Below, in pieces: positions 46,053-58,066 of a DNA stretch of 64,000 nt. The DNA comes from an uncultured Acidobacteriota bacterium. GTDB taxonomy: Bacteria > Acidobacteriota > Blastocatellia > RBC074. How positions within the stretch are numbered: position 1 is the first letter of the stretch; each line of letters starts with the position of its first letter. Under the pieces are notes generated by a model. The model had not been told where the DNA came from and made no database searches. It worked only from the letters and a program-made list of their open reading frames with translations. The stretch covers positions 265,757-329,756 of the forward strand of contig CAWEYR010000024.1 in the NCBI GenBank assembly GCA_963813345.1. Direction: 5' to 3'. The position numbers and the translations under genes are program-made.

Positions 46053-47701
46053 TTTCCGCGCATTGGGATGTTGATGCCGTGCTTGCGGGCAAACGAGATT
46101 GCCTCGTCGTAGCCAGCATCCGCATGACGCGCGACACCAAGTCCCGGATCCGTCGTCAGAACCCGCTCAATCCTACGCCTGGCCTCGGGCGTGCCATCTG
46201 CGACGATGACCTGTCCCGCATGAATGCTATATCCGATCCCGACGCCACCTCCGTGATGAATGCTCACCCATGTAGCCCCACCAACGGCGTTGAGGAGCGC
46301 GTTTAGCAGAGGCCAGTCAGCGATCGCATCCGATCCGTCGAGCATGGCTTCAGTCTCTCTATTGGGGCTTGCGACCGAACCGCAATCCAGATGATCGCGT
46401 CCAATCACAATGGGAGCTCTCACCTTTCCAGAAGCTACCAGATCATTGAAGAGCAGACCGGCCTTCATCCGCTCGCCGTATCCCAGCCAGCAGATGCGTG
46501 CCGGTAATCCCTGAAAGGCGACCTTTTGCTGCGCCATCGTGACCCAGCGTATCAGATGATCGTTTTCGGGAAAGAGCTCGATGACCTCGCGGTCAAGGGT
46601 GAGAATGTCGTCAGGATCACCGGAAAGCGCGACCCAGCGAAAGGGCCCCTTACCTTCACAAAAGAGCGGTCGAATGAAGGCGGGCACGAATCCGGGATAG
46701 TCAAATGCGCGCTCAACGCCGTGATCATAGGCGCGCTGTCTCAGGTTATTGCCATAATCAAAGACGACACTTCCCTGCTGTTGCCATTCAAGCATCGCCC
46801 GAACCTGCACGCTCATCGAATCAAGCACTTGCTCATGATAGCGGTCCGGGTCGTGCTCTCGCATCTCTTTTGCCTCGTCAAGCGAAAGACCTGCCGGAAT
46901 GTAGCCGAATGTAATATCGTGCGCGGCAGTCTGATCGGTCACAACATCGGGACGTATACCTCGCGACAAGAGTGCCGGGAAGACTTCGGCGGCGTTGGCA
47001 ATGAGTCCTACAGAAAGAGCTTCACCCGATTTGACAGCCTCGTTGACAAGTGAAAGCGCTTCGTTGATATCGGCGGTTACACGGTCTATCTGTTTGAGCG
47101 ACAGTCTACGCTCTGCGCGCCACGGATCAACCTCAACGATCAGACCCACCCCACCGTTCATCGTGATCGCATGCGGCTGCGCTCCGCCCATTTCACCGAG
47201 ACCTGCGGTGAGAACGAATTTCCCTCGCAGGGTGTCCCAGGCTTTCTGTCGGGCGAGCGAACCAAATGTCTCAAAGGTGCCCTGAAGAATTCCCTGAGTT
47301 CCGATGTAGATCCAGCTTCCCGCAGTCATCTGACCATACATGATCAGTCCTTCGCGTTCCCAGCGATCGAAGTTCTCCTGCGTTGCCCAATGTGGAACGA
47401 TGTTGCTGTTGGCAAGGAGCACACGCGGGGCGTCTTCGTGAGTCCGAAAGACGGCCACAGGTTTGCCGGATTGCACGAGCAGTGTTTCGTCGGGCTCAAG
47501 GTGGGTCAGCGACTCGAGTATCGCGTGAAAGCAATCCCAGTTTCTCGCTGCTTTGCCGCGGCCGCCGTAAACGATAAGGTTATCGGGATCGAATGCGACT
47601 TCAGGGTCGAGGTTGTTCTGAAGCATGCGGTAGGCAGCTTCGATCAACCAGTTCTTGCAGGTAAGCTCCGTTCCACGCGGTGCTCTGATGGTTGGTGACA
47701 T
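46049..47701 (-). CDS. hutU: urocanate hydratase
   Basis: 550 aa. [46 protein letters not shown] and [20 protein letters not shown] are highly conserved urocanase blocks. Confidence 0.93.
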   Translation of the reverse strand: MSPTIRAPRGTELTCKNWLIEAAYRMLQNNLDPEVAFDPDNLIVYGGRGKAARNWDCFHAILESLTHLEPDETLLVQSGKPVAVFRTHEDAPRVLLANSNIVPHWATQENFDRWEREGLIMYGQMTAGSWIYIGTQGILQGTFETFGSLARQKAWDTLRGKFVLTAGLGEMGGAQPHAITMNGGVGLIVEVDPWRAERRLSLKQIDRVTADINEALSLVNEAVKSGEALSVGLIANAAEVFPALLSRGIRPDVVTDQTAAHDITFGYIPAGLSLDEAKEMREHDPDRYHEQVLDSMSVQVRAMLEWQQQGSVVFDYGNNLRQRAYDHGVERAFDYPGFVPAFIRPLFCEGKGPFRWVALSGDPDDILTLDREVIELFPENDHLIRWVTMAQQKVAFQGLPARICWLGYGERMKAGLLFNDLVASGKVRAPIVIGRDHLDCGSVASPNRETEAMLDGSDAIADWPLLNALLNAVGGATWVSIHHGGGVGIGYSIHAGQVIVADGTPEARRRIERVLTTDPGLGVARHADAGYDEAISFARKHGINIPMRGK

Positions 47702-47748
47702 ACTCGGAAGCGCTATGCTAGATTCGATTATCGCAACAAACTGGATGG

Positions 47749-48693
47749 ATGGGAATGGATCTCTTCGAGCTCACGCACCGACCGGCAGAATCGCTTCTTT
47801 TCAACCGCGGAGATGTTCACGATACGCGACTTGGTGAAGTTGTCTTGACCGATCCGAGTGATTATCCGCACGCTTCAACCGTAGTTCTTGGTTGCCCTCA
47901 GGACGAGGGAGTCAGGCGAAATCGGGGCCGCGAGGGCGCTCGCGAAGGTCCCACCGAGGTTCGCCGAGCTCTCTACAAACTAACGTCTTTTGGCATTCAG
48001 GACGAGGAACTCTTCGATCTCGGTGATCTCAGGATCGCCGAGACGCTCGAAGAGACTCACGCGCTTCAGCATACGCTCGTGTCACAGCTCTTGAAGGACC
48101 GAAAGCGAGTTGTCGTGATCGGCGGTGGAAATGATATCTCCTATCCTGATTGCTCTGCATTGATTGATCTTTTCCCCGACGCTGTTGCGCTCAACATCGA
48201 TGCACACTTCGATGTTCGCGACGATAAGGAGTCAAACAGCGGGACAGCGTATCGTCAACTCCTTGAGAATGCCGGTCTGAATCCAGCACGATTCTTCCAG
48301 ATCGGCTATCAGCGCGCCGTGAACTCGGAAATCTACCTTGCATACCTTGAAGATCTCGGCGTCAGTTGCATCAGTCTTGCCGAGCTGAGACATGATGGTG
48401 TCATGAAGGTGATAAGCGATATGGTGGGGCACACAGATGCTCCTGCAGCTTTCTGGGGATTTGATGTTGATGTGGTCCGATCTTCGGATGCTCCCGGAGT
48501 GAGCGCGCCGAGCCCGACTGGATTAACCGGTGAGGAGTTCTGCGAGCTGGCGCGTCTTGCAGGCGACCGCGCCAACACACGCATCATCGAGTTTACTGAA
48601 GTGAATCCCGCTTTCGATATCGACAGTCGCACTGCCAAGCTGGTCGCATTCGCAATTCACGATTTCCTCTCAGCCTCAGCGCCATCGCGTTGA
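47749..48693 (+). CDS. hutG: formiminoglutamase (arginase/ureohydrolase family)
   Basis: 314 aa. Arginase-family metal-binding blocks ([28 protein letters not shown]) in hut-operon context, transcribed divergently from hutUIH. Confidence 0.75.
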   Translation: MGMDLFELTHRPAESLLFNRGDVHDTRLGEVVLTDPSDYPHASTVVLGCPQDEGVRRNRGREGAREGPTEVRRALYKLTSFGIQDEELFDLGDLRIAETLEETHALQHTLVSQLLKDRKRVVVIGGGNDISYPDCSALIDLFPDAVALNIDAHFDVRDDKESNSGTAYRQLLENAGLNPARFFQIGYQRAVNSEIYLAYLEDLGVSCISLAELRHDGVMKVISDMVGHTDAPAAFWGFDVDVVRSSDAPGVSAPSPTGLTGEEFCELARLAGDRANTRIIEFTEVNPAFDIDSRTAKLVAFAIHDFLSASAPSR

Positions 48694-48699
48694 GACGCC

Positions 48700-48800
48700 T
48701 CTCGCCGGCGCCTTCGGCGCCGCGCAAGCTAAAGCTTGAACTCAAACTCATTGGAGTTTGAGTTCAAGCTTTAGCTTGCCGCTGCCGCGCAGCGGCAGCG
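48700..48800. repeat. REP-like hairpin (GAGTTCAAGCTTTAGCTTGC family) plus flanking GCCGCTGCCGCGCAGCGGCAGCGG palindrome
   Basis: gcaagctaaagcttgaactcaaactcattggagtttgagttcaagctttagcttgc. The same compound arrangement appears at 2676..2760. Confidence 0.85.
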
Positions 48801-48812
48801 GTCTGCACCGAT

Positions 48813-50131
48813 TCAATCCGACATTCTGACCCACTCTCCGTTGAGCATGACTCTCTTCACGCGTCGCATAGCTCCGATATCCTTCGTCGGATCGCCTTCG
48901 ACCAGCACCACATCTGCAAGCTTGCCCTTCTCGATGCTGCCCAAACGGTCAGCGATGCGGAAAAACCGTGCATTCTCCATCGTCGCTGCAACAATCGCCT
49001 CCATCGGTGTCAGGCCGCTCGCGACAAGCAATTCCATCTCGCGTTGGTATGCCCAGCCTCGCTCTGCGTGCGGAACACTTGAGTGTGATCCAACGACCAC
49101 GCGAGCGCCTGTTCGCTTGGCCATGCCTACAAACTTAAGCATCTGACTGAAGGCGCGAGTGTGCATCTCGGTCGTGGCCCGGTCGCCGGCGCGCCGCTCA
49201 AAGACTGCGAGGGTTGGGGACAGAAACACGCCGTGGCGCGCTATCAGTTCGAGTAACGGGCGCACGCGAGGCGAGTCGAGATCAATCTCGCTCCAGACCT
49301 TGTAACGACCTTCGCGCCGCGCGTTGTTGTCAGCGAGGACGGCTTGCCGGTACTTCTCTGCCTCGCGCAGACGGTAATAGCGCCGTACCGAAAGATGTAA
49401 TGTGTTCGAATCCATCAACGCCGGCTCGAATCGCATCGCCCGCGTCCACGATTTCCAGATGGGCCGTTACCGGCACTCCACGCTCGTGTGCAAGCTCCGT
49501 TGCAACCCGAATCAGCGCGAGCGGAAGACGAAAGTAGACCTTGATTACCGAAGCGCCCTGGTCGACAAAGCGATTGACCGCAAGGCGCGTCTCTTCGGCA
49601 TCGCGCACGATTATTGAATCCGTCGGATAGGCAGGTGGCGGATTATCCAGATGGGGACCCGCAAGAAAGAGCCGTGGAATCTGCTCACCGGACTTGAGAA
49701 CACTGTCATAAGCCTCGATCCACGGCTCCGGGATCCCGAGCTGATGTAATGCCGTGGCTCAAGAAGAGTGATGGCAGCTTGCCGTCATTATCGAGGTGGA
49801 AATGCGAGTCAATCAGCCCGGGAAGGAGCGTCAGCCCTTGAGCACTTACTACCTCTGCGTTCGGCGGAATGGGGACGGCCTTTCGCGGTCCCGAAGCGAT
49901 GATCGTTTCGCCCTGCACGACAACGACAGCATCGCCGACCGGTGGACCGCCTCGGCCGTCAACCAATGTTGCTCCGACAATCGCGATCGTCCTGGCCGCG
50001 GCAGGCTTGGCAACCTGATTGATCTCGCGTATTGGACGAACGGAAACGCGCTTGGATGCCGGCGAACGCTGCGCCACAACGCCGAGACTCAGAAGCGCAA
50101 TTATTACAATGGCCAGGATAACTCGCTTCAT
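48813..50131 (-). pseudogene. metal-dependent amidohydrolase (imidazolonepropionase/Xaa-Pro-dipeptidase-like) with signal peptide, at least 2 frameshifts
   Basis: Three ORFs in different frames: 49706..50131 (signal plus LPGLIDSHFHL), 49330..49608 (HLEIVDAGDAIRAGVDGFEH) and 48813..49436 (C-terminal GSHSS...KLADVVLVEGDP). Confidence 0.7.
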
Positions 50132-50335
50132 AAAGTAGTTCCTGTATCAGTTCCTGCAAGTATTTAGCTTGCAGCCCATGGTAGCAAGTGCTATATAGCG
50201 CGTAGGCTGGGGTTCTGTAGCATGGAGTTCAAGGCATGCTTCAGAGTCGCACCGAGTAAGTCCCACCTCACCTATTGGCTGCGGCGCTTTGCGGGTAGTT
50301 GTTTTTTGGGTCCGTCCAGCGAAAGGAGCCAGCTC

Positions 50336-53300
50336 ATGAGAAGAATCAATCGAATATTTGTGCGCATACTTCTGCAGGCATTTGTGACCCTGTTGTGGGT
50401 TTCTTTTGCGTTCCATAACGCTGTGATCGCAGTCGCGCAAGGTACGAACCTGGGGACGATTCGCGGGACGGTTGCTGACGGCAGTGGCGCGGTTGTCGCT
50501 GGTGCCAGGGTTAAGGTAACTGATATCGCAACCGACCTGGAGCGCGAAGTTACTACGGACAGCGAGGGTAATTATGAGGTTACCGGACTGAAGTATGGCA
50601 ACTACCGGGTCAGTGTCACAGCGCCGGGTTTCAAGACGGCATCGGCTAACCAGGTGGCACTGCGCGGCGGCGACATCGTGCGTACGGACGTCGAGCTCCA
50701 GGTTGGGGGAACCAGCGAAACGGTCGAGGTGGTTGCGACCACGCCAATCAACCTCGAGACACCGACTGTCAGCGGAACAATCACGACTCGCGAGCTCCAG
50801 GACCTGCCACGCGACAGTCGCGACATTTACACATTTCTTTACCTCAACCCGAACATCACGCAGGGCGTTGCAGATGGCTCATTCAAATTCATCGGCGCAC
50901 AAAGTTACGGAGCGAGTTTCTCACTTGATGGCCAGCGCGCGAACGGAGGTATTTTTGGAGAACCTACTTCCAGCCAGCCGTCGTTTGAAACGATTGGCGA
51001 GCTCGTCGTACTGTCGAACAACTTCACTGCCGAGTATGCAGGTATAGCCAATGTACGTGTCGAAACGAGACGCGGTGGCAAGGACTATCACGGCTCACTC
51101 TTCTACAACAACAAGAACTCCGCACTGGCTGCGTGGTCAATTGGGGACAAGCGTGGTCAGGCGCAGTTCACCCCGACGCCGGCGTTGTCGGCATTTCCGA
51201 CGCCCTATTTCAACCTCAATGAAACCGGTGGCAGCTTCAGTGGTCCGTTTCCATACAGCAAGAAGACCTTTTTCATGGTGGCTTACGAAAGACGATGGAG
51301 TGCGGCGCCTGTACCGTTTCGTAACACGACTTTGCCTCACGCAAGTCTTTACACGGGCGATTTTTCAAAGGTCAACGACGCAGCCAAACCGATCGTGCCT
51401 GCCGAGGTGACGCTAACACCCGCGGAAATCGCCGCCAACACCATCCTGGTTGGAACAACGCGACGCTTCGTGACAATCCCGTCACGTTTGCTGAACCCGT
51501 CTACTGCTGCGCTCATCAGGACCTATTTTCCGGCAACGAGCGTCAACGCGCCGATAAATGCTGCAAACGGACGGCTCGTAGACTACTTTCAGAATCTTGG
51601 CGGACTGACAACACGCGACCTCGGCACGGTCCGCATAGACCATGACCTGACGGGCAAGGACAAGCTTGCAGTTGTCTACAACATTCAACCGAGGAATCAG
51701 GCAACCGCCGCCGTGCAGGCTCCTTACATAGGTCTTGGTTTGACGCAGAACGAACAGACGAATCACACGCTATCTGTCTCGCACACGCACATTTTCTCGA
51801 ACTCACTCATCAACGAGGCGCGTGGTGGATTCAACTATCAATTGCTTTTCCGAAGGAGCAATACGACGCCGACCTCTTTTCTCGAAAGCATTTCCTTCGA
51901 CAACAGTGACATCGAAGCATACTTTGGCGTCGTCGGAGAAAATGCGAGGCCTACCTGGGGGCATGTCGGCGTGAGTTTTGGCGGTGCGAGCTACGCTTCG
52001 TTTGCAACGGGAGGGCGCAACACGTTTCGACCGCTTGACCAGAAGCTTTATACGTTCGGTGATACGATTACATGGATCAAAGGGCTTCACACGATCAAGG
52101 GTGGCTTTGATGTCGTCTACAACGCTGCGCTCGACGGCTTCGCCAATAACCGCGGAAACCCGCGCGGTATAGTTACCTATTCAACTGGCACGCCAACAGA
52201 CCGCTTCACGCGGTTTCTCATCGGTCTTTCGGCGACCACGGCCCAGTTCAATGACCGCTTGCGGCCGCCGATGGACGTCTTTAACTGGGAGCACGGTTAT
52301 TTCGTTCAGGACGATTTTAGAATTCACCCCCGTTTGACGCTTTACCTTGGAGTTCGATACGAGCTGATCACGCCGTTTATCGAACGCCAGGACCTGCTTG
52401 TGAACTTTGACCCGGATTTTCGCGGCGCGAATGGGAAGCTCGGACGGTTCATAGTCCCGACGCAACAGACAATTCCGAACATTGACCCGCGCATGGTCGC
52501 TTATGGCGTTGTGACGGCGGATGAAGCAGGCATTGGCCGCGGGTTGATCAGAACGGACAAAAACAATCTCGCGCCAAGGCTGGGAGCGTCATGGCGCGTC
52601 GGTGAAAACAGTGTGCTTCGAGGTGGCTACGGACTCTTCTACCCGACGTCAGCGGCACAGGGTATGCGCGATCCGATCGCAACCAATGCGTTCAACCAGG
52701 GACGTACAAAGACCAGTCCGGCGGCGGCGCGTCTTGCTGGCTGGCCGGGCGGCGTGAACCCACACGGCATAAGCCCGTTCAACGGAGGTCAGCCGAATGT
52801 GCTCGGTTCGCAGCCTTCGGTGAATGCCGTGCCGTTTGATCTCGCGCAACCCCGCATTCAGCAATACAACGTCACATTTGAGCATGTGCTTCCCTGGAAG
52901 CTGGCCCTGCGCGCATCCTATCTCGGAACGAGTATCAGCGGTCTGATTGGCGGCGTCAGATTCGAACATGCTGCCGCCGAGCAATGTACCCTTCGGGACA
53001 ACCACTGGCGATGGAGTCACCCCCTGCACTCCGGGAGACAACTGTCAGTTGTCAGCCGCAGATGTTGCACGGCGCCCGTTTCCAGACCTCGGTGATTTCC
53101 TCCTGACCTTTGGCAACACCGGCCGCGGGCGTACAAACGCAATGCAATTTGAAGTCAATCGACGTTTCACTCGCGGCTTCATGTTCAATGCGAGCTACAC
53201 GTTGCTCGATCAGAAATCGAGTGCACCTGACACGGGTAATTCGAGCCTGGGTGGAACGGTTTACAATCAGTTCAATCCGGAAGTGGACTTCGGCGCCGAA

Positions 53301-53994
53301 GCGTTCGTGTCGCGACACCGCTTTATTGCATATGGCATCTTCGAAGTGCCATTTGGGAAGGGCCGGAGATTTGGTGGTGACACGTCGGCAGTAGTCGACG
53401 CAATTGCCGGCGGCTGGCAGATATCAACGAATATGTTTGCAAAAAGCGGTTTCGGATTCACTCCGTATTGGGTTTGTGGTAACTGCGATCCGCTCTGGCC
53501 CGGCAACATTGGCAGCGGTTCAATCGATGCGATCGGCGGCTTCGGGGGCACGTCGTTCCGTCCCACGGTCACAGGAGAACCACAACGTGCAGTCTGGAGA
53601 CCGCTTTTTCGATCCAAGCGCGTTCGGGCCGCCGCCTGTAGGAGCGGACGTTTTTGACAATCCAAACGTAGCGAAACGTAATCTGCTGAAAGGTCCGGGT
53701 GCCTGGGGCGTCAACCTCGGATTGGATAAGTCTTTCCGGCTGAGCGAGCGGTTTCGTTTGCTATTCGGCGCGGAGTTCAACAACGTCTTCAATCATCCGC
53801 TTCGACCACCAAGCGGTGATCAGTCGGTCGGACTGCTCGGAACCTTCAATGTGGCAGTGAATCAGACTACACGACAGATTCAGCTTGCCTCGCTCGACCC
53901 GAATCCGGATTTTGGGCGGTTCTTTAATAGTTTCAATCAGGAAGGGATTGATAACCGCCGGACTATCCGCCTGACACTGCGTCTCACGTTTTAG
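50336..53994 (+). CDS. giant TonB-dependent-receptor-like outer-membrane protein with carboxypeptidase-regulatory domain (second copy), about 2 frameshifts in the C-terminal quarter
   Basis: Signal peptide (MRRINRIFVRILLQAFVTLLWVSFA) then a CarboxypepD_reg domain (GTIRGTVADGSGAVVAGARVKVTDIATDLEREVTTDSEGNYEVTGLKYGNYRVSV). The barrel spans ORFs 50222..53095, 52947..53657 and 53404..53994, and ends ...LTLRLTF. An RBS (gaaaggag) precedes the start. Confidence 0.75.
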
Positions 53995-54029
53995 TGCTGG
54001 GGCATGTAGAACGCCTCAGGCGGAGTCCT

Positions 54030-54150
54030 GGGAGCGCCGGTCTCCGACCGGCCACGAGCCGCGAAGCGTGCGAGTCGCTGGAGACACAAGGACTTGTGCT
54101 GAAGACTCGCACGCTTCGCGGCTCGTGGCCGGTCGGAGACCGGCGCTCCC
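54030..54150. repeat. 47-bp perfect inverted repeat (giant hairpin) with a 27-nt loop that itself contains a small palindrome
   Basis: Left arm gggagcgccggtctccgaccggccacgagccgcgaagcgtgcgagtc. The right arm is its exact reverse complement. Loop gctggagacacaaggacttgtgctgaa. It begins with the CCTGGGAGCGCC motif shared with the 38772 and 44650 REPs. Confidence 0.9.
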
Positions 54151-54164
54151 AGCGGCGGTACTCC

Positions 54165-56751
54165 ATGCCTCAAACACTTACCGATCTTCTCTTCGATTGC
54201 CTTCGACGCGGCGACGCCACTGCCTTTGTTCACTGGAAAGGTCTGCGAGCGATCAAATGGTCTTACGCCGACGTCGCGCACGCCTCAGTTCGATTCGCAC
54301 GCGAGCTTTCGGTTCGTGGAATCGGACCTCAGGACCGTGTGATCCTTCAGGGCGCGAATCGCCCGGAATGGGTTGCAGCATTCTTCGGGTGCCTGCTCAA
54401 TCGTTCCGTCGCAGTTCCTCTCGACAAACAGAGCGCGGCTGACTTTGTCGAACGCGTTCAGAGACAGGTAGAAGCGCGGCTCGCCGTTCGCGATTCACCC
54501 GAAGGCGTCCTCGCCCTTGCAGGTGTACCGCAATTTGCCCTTGACGACGTGGGTGGGCTCGGCGATCTGGCGCGCCAGACTGAGCTCGCTAAGCTCGTGC
54601 CGGCCGTTCGAGAGTCTGACCTGGCCGAAATCATCTTCACATCAGGAACAACCTCTGAGCCAAAAGGTGTCCGGCTGACTCACTCGAACTTCAGAGCAAA
54701 CCTCGAGCCCATCGAGAAAGAAGCCGCGAAGTACTTGAAGTGGGAAAAGTTCGTTCATCCGATTCGATTTCTGAGCCTGGTGCCTTTGAGCCACGTGTTC
54801 GGCCAGTTCATGGGTATGTTCATTCCGATGCATCTCGGGGGAGAGGTTTACTTTCGCGATTCGTTTCACGCTCAACAAGCGATCGAGACGATCAAACGGT
54901 ATCGCATTTCAGTGCTCGTCGCGGTTCCCCGAATGCTCGACTCGCTCCGCAAGCGAATCGAACGCGATCAACTTCCAGGCTCTTTTCGACGTGAACTGCA
55001 ACGTGCACTCACTGAGCCGGTTGCTCTCCGGTGGATTCGATTTCGGAGAATTCACAATCAACTTGGATGGAAATTCTGGGCGGTGATTTCTGGAGGAGCG
55101 CCGCTCAGCGCTGAAACAGAGGAGTTCTTCCGGGCGCTCGGATTCGCGGTATTACAGGGTTATGGAATGACTGAGACCGCATCGGTGATATCGATCCCTC
55201 ATCCATTCAAAATGGTCCGTCATTCAATCGGGAAACCATTGCCTGAACATCAAGTGGGCCTTAGCGCAGAAGGCGAGATTCTGGTCCGCGGTCCGAGCGT
55301 CAGTACCGGCTACTGGATGTCAGGTAACGAAGGAGGTACACATCTCGTAGACAAGGACGGATGGCTCCACACCGGAGACCTGGGAACGATGGACCCGTAC
55401 GGAAACGTCTTCTTCAGGGGCAGAAAGAAAGAGACTATCGTACTCGCATCAGGGCTGAAGGTATTTCCGGACGACCTCGAGGCTGTGCTCAACCAGCAGC
55501 CGGAGATTGAGCAGTCTGCGATCGTCAGTGTTGAAGGTCCGCAAGGTGCAGAACCCTTCGCAGCAATCATCTTCAAACCAGATTACGCAAGTGCCAGCAA
55601 TGCAGAAGACGTCGTAGCGCGCGCTAACGCCGCGCTCGCAGAGTTCCAGCACATTCGCCGATGGATGATCTGGCCTGATCGCGACTTCCCGCGTACGACG
55701 TCGACCCAAAAGGTCATCAAACGTCTGATTGCCGAACGCGCAGAGCGGCATATCGGCGACGCCGCTAAAAGCATATTCGTCGGAGATGAGAACGGGATCG
55801 CTTGTCCTCGATCAGATCAAACGGATAACGGGAGATGTGCGCACACGCTCGGATGCGCAGGCAAATCTTTCAACGGATTTGAAGCTCGATTCACTTGCGC
55901 GCATGGAGTTACTCACGTCGCTTGAAGAACGTTTTCAGATCGAGCTCGATGAAACGGCCGTTACCGCAGCAAGCACACTCGGCGATCTTGAACGAATGAT
56001 CCAGGCTACGGCAGAAACTCAAGCTCAGGTTGACGTCAAGGAAGACTATCCTTACCCGACATGGACGCTGAGGTGGCCTGCAACGTGGGTCCGTGCAATC
56101 GCACAGTTTCTATTGATTACGCCTCTGGCAAAGATACTCTGTCCACGTGAGGTGAGAGGCGCAGATGTTGTTGAGCATCTCAACGGACCCCTGCTCTTTC
56201 TGTCCAATCACATTACGTCGGTTGATCCAGTTGTGATTGCATCGGCGCTTTCCAGACAACGGCGCCAGAATCTGGCCGTAGCGATGGCGGGTGAGCTTTT
56301 GCGCGATTGGCGGAAGCCAGCGCGAACGCGCTCCTTCCCGCTGCGTATTGTGGATCGAATCAAATATGTGCTCGTCACTTGTCTCTTCAATGTTTTCCCG
56401 ATGCCTCAGACAAGTGGATTCCGTCGCAGTTTCGCTTATGCTGCAGATGCGGTCGATCGAGGATACAGCATTCTGGTTTTTCCGGAAGGCGTTCGCACGA
56501 CAACAGGCTTGATGAGTCCTTTCAGGGCAGGAACCGGGCTGCTCATGAAGGAGCTGAATATTCCCGTAGTACCCGTAGCTATCCAGGGATTATTTGAGTT
56601 GAAGAAGGCTGAGCGAAGATCGGCACGTCAGGGCGATGTGAGCGTATGCTTCGGGAGTCCAATACTTCCGGAGCTGTCAGATGATCCCGCAGCGCTTTTG
56701 CAAGAGGTCGAAGCGAGAGTCAGACTCCTGCAGGGCGACGGTAATCACTAG
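54165..56751 (+). CDS. tri-domain AMP-dependent acyl ligase (acyl-CoA/ACP synthetase-like), acyl-carrier domain and lysophospholipid acyltransferase (PlsC-like); one frameshift near 55730-55900
   Basis: ORF 53994..55925 carries the AMP-binding motifs (IIFTSGTTSEPKGV, GYGMTETAS, GWLHTGDLG). ORF 55729..56751 carries a PP-binding site (LSTDLKLDSLARMELL) and the acyltransferase motifs (LFLSNHITSVDPV = HX4D; VFPEGVRTTTG). Confidence 0.7.
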
Positions 56752-56878
56752 CGATTTCTGCACTGCATTTTCGGACTTGTTTGAGCAATTTCTTTAGGAT
56801 TAGTCTTGGAACAGAAAAATGTCGATTACGGTGGTTGAAACGATTCGGCCCGGATAAGGGATAGGACGCGAGGGAAAT

Positions 56879-58060
56879 ATGAACATACTGAATGATGAAA
56901 CCAGCGCATCTCGATCTGTCAGCCGCCGCGCCTTTCTTCACACAGGTGCCCTCGCATTGGCTGTCAGCGGGTTAAGCAAACGAAGTAACGCCGCAGCCGA
57001 AGCTGTCGAGTGGCGAAATCAGCAATCCGGAATGGCTTATCGTCGATTGGGGCGCACTGGTTTGATGGTCTCAGAAGTCATCTGTGGTGGCGACCCGATC
57101 AAACTGGATAATTATCAACATCTGAATCTGGCGCTGGAGATGGGCCTGAACTACCTCGACATGGCGCCCTCCTATAATCAAGGCAAGTGCGAAGAAGCTT
57201 ACGGCAAACTGCTCGCAGGTTCTTCGCTAAAGCGCGAGAAGGTTTTTCTGACGACCAAGATCAGCAGCTTCAATCGGCTGGTCGGACAGATGTATCAAGA
57301 CACTTTCAATGGCCTGCCGCAGGAAAAGAAGGATGCGATCATGAAACGCGCGGCCGAGATGCGGCGACAGCGCGAGGTCGAGAAGCCCGGCTACTTCCTG
57401 ACATACTTCCCGAATCAAGCTAACGGATTCGATCTGGCCTACCTGCGCGGCGCGATGCTCGAGGATTACAGGCACAAGGTCGAAGGTAGCGGGCATTGCC
57501 GCAGATTCATCACGGAGTCGCTGGAAGCCAGTTTGAAGCGTGTTGGCACTGACTATTTCGATATTCTGATGTGTCCGCATGGCGCGAACTCTCCCGAAGA
57601 CCTGGAGTGTCCTGAAATTATCGAGACTTTTCAGCAGTTGAAGAAGCAGGGCAAAGTACGTTTTCTCGGAGTGACCTCGCATAATGACCCAGCGGGTGTA
57701 TTGCGCGCCGCGACGTCTTCAGGCTCTTACGATGTGGCGATGATCGCTTACAACGTGATCAACGGAGGTTATCTCGAAGAAGCCATTCGACAGGCCGCCG
57801 ATAAGGGCATGGGTGTGATTTCAATGAAAGCCGCGCATGCGGTCGCCACGCATCACACGGCCTTACAGCCCATTCCCGATTGGCGCTTGCAGAAGATTCA
57901 CCGAATCGTGCCCGGTGACATGAAAGCGCCGATGAAGGCGTATCTTTGGGCCTTGCAGAACTCGAACGTCTCGGCGGTGATCTCGAATCTATGGGATCAA
58001 ACGTTTATCAAGGAGAACCTGTCGCTGGCGGGCAAGAAGGTTCAATTGATGCCCGCCTGA
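56879..58060 (+). CDS. aldo/keto reductase with Tat signal peptide (periplasmic)
   Basis: 393 aa. SRRAFLHTGALALAVSG is a twin-arginine signal. The AKR fold follows (YRRLGRTGLMVSEVICGG...LNYLDMAPSYNQG). Confidence 0.75.
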   Translation: MNILNDETSASRSVSRRAFLHTGALALAVSGLSKRSNAAAEAVEWRNQQSGMAYRRLGRTGLMVSEVICGGDPIKLDNYQHLNLALEMGLNYLDMAPSYNQGKCEEAYGKLLAGSSLKREKVFLTTKISSFNRLVGQMYQDTFNGLPQEKKDAIMKRAAEMRRQREVEKPGYFLTYFPNQANGFDLAYLRGAMLEDYRHKVEGSGHCRRFITESLEASLKRVGTDYFDILMCPHGANSPEDLECPEIIETFQQLKKQGKVRFLGVTSHNDPAGVLRAATSSGSYDVAMIAYNVINGGYLEEAIRQAADKGMGVISMKAAHAVATHHTALQPIPDWRLQKIHRIVPGDMKAPMKAYLWALQNSNVSAVISNLWDQTFIKENLSLAGKKVQLMPA

Positions 58061-58066
58061 GTTCTC

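Noticed and set aside
53994-54164. ORF-track start of the acyl-ligase gene at 53994 (extra 57 aa)
   Set aside because: The extension is the translated 47-bp hairpin. The start was moved to the ATG at 54165, which precedes the first conserved AMP-binding residues.
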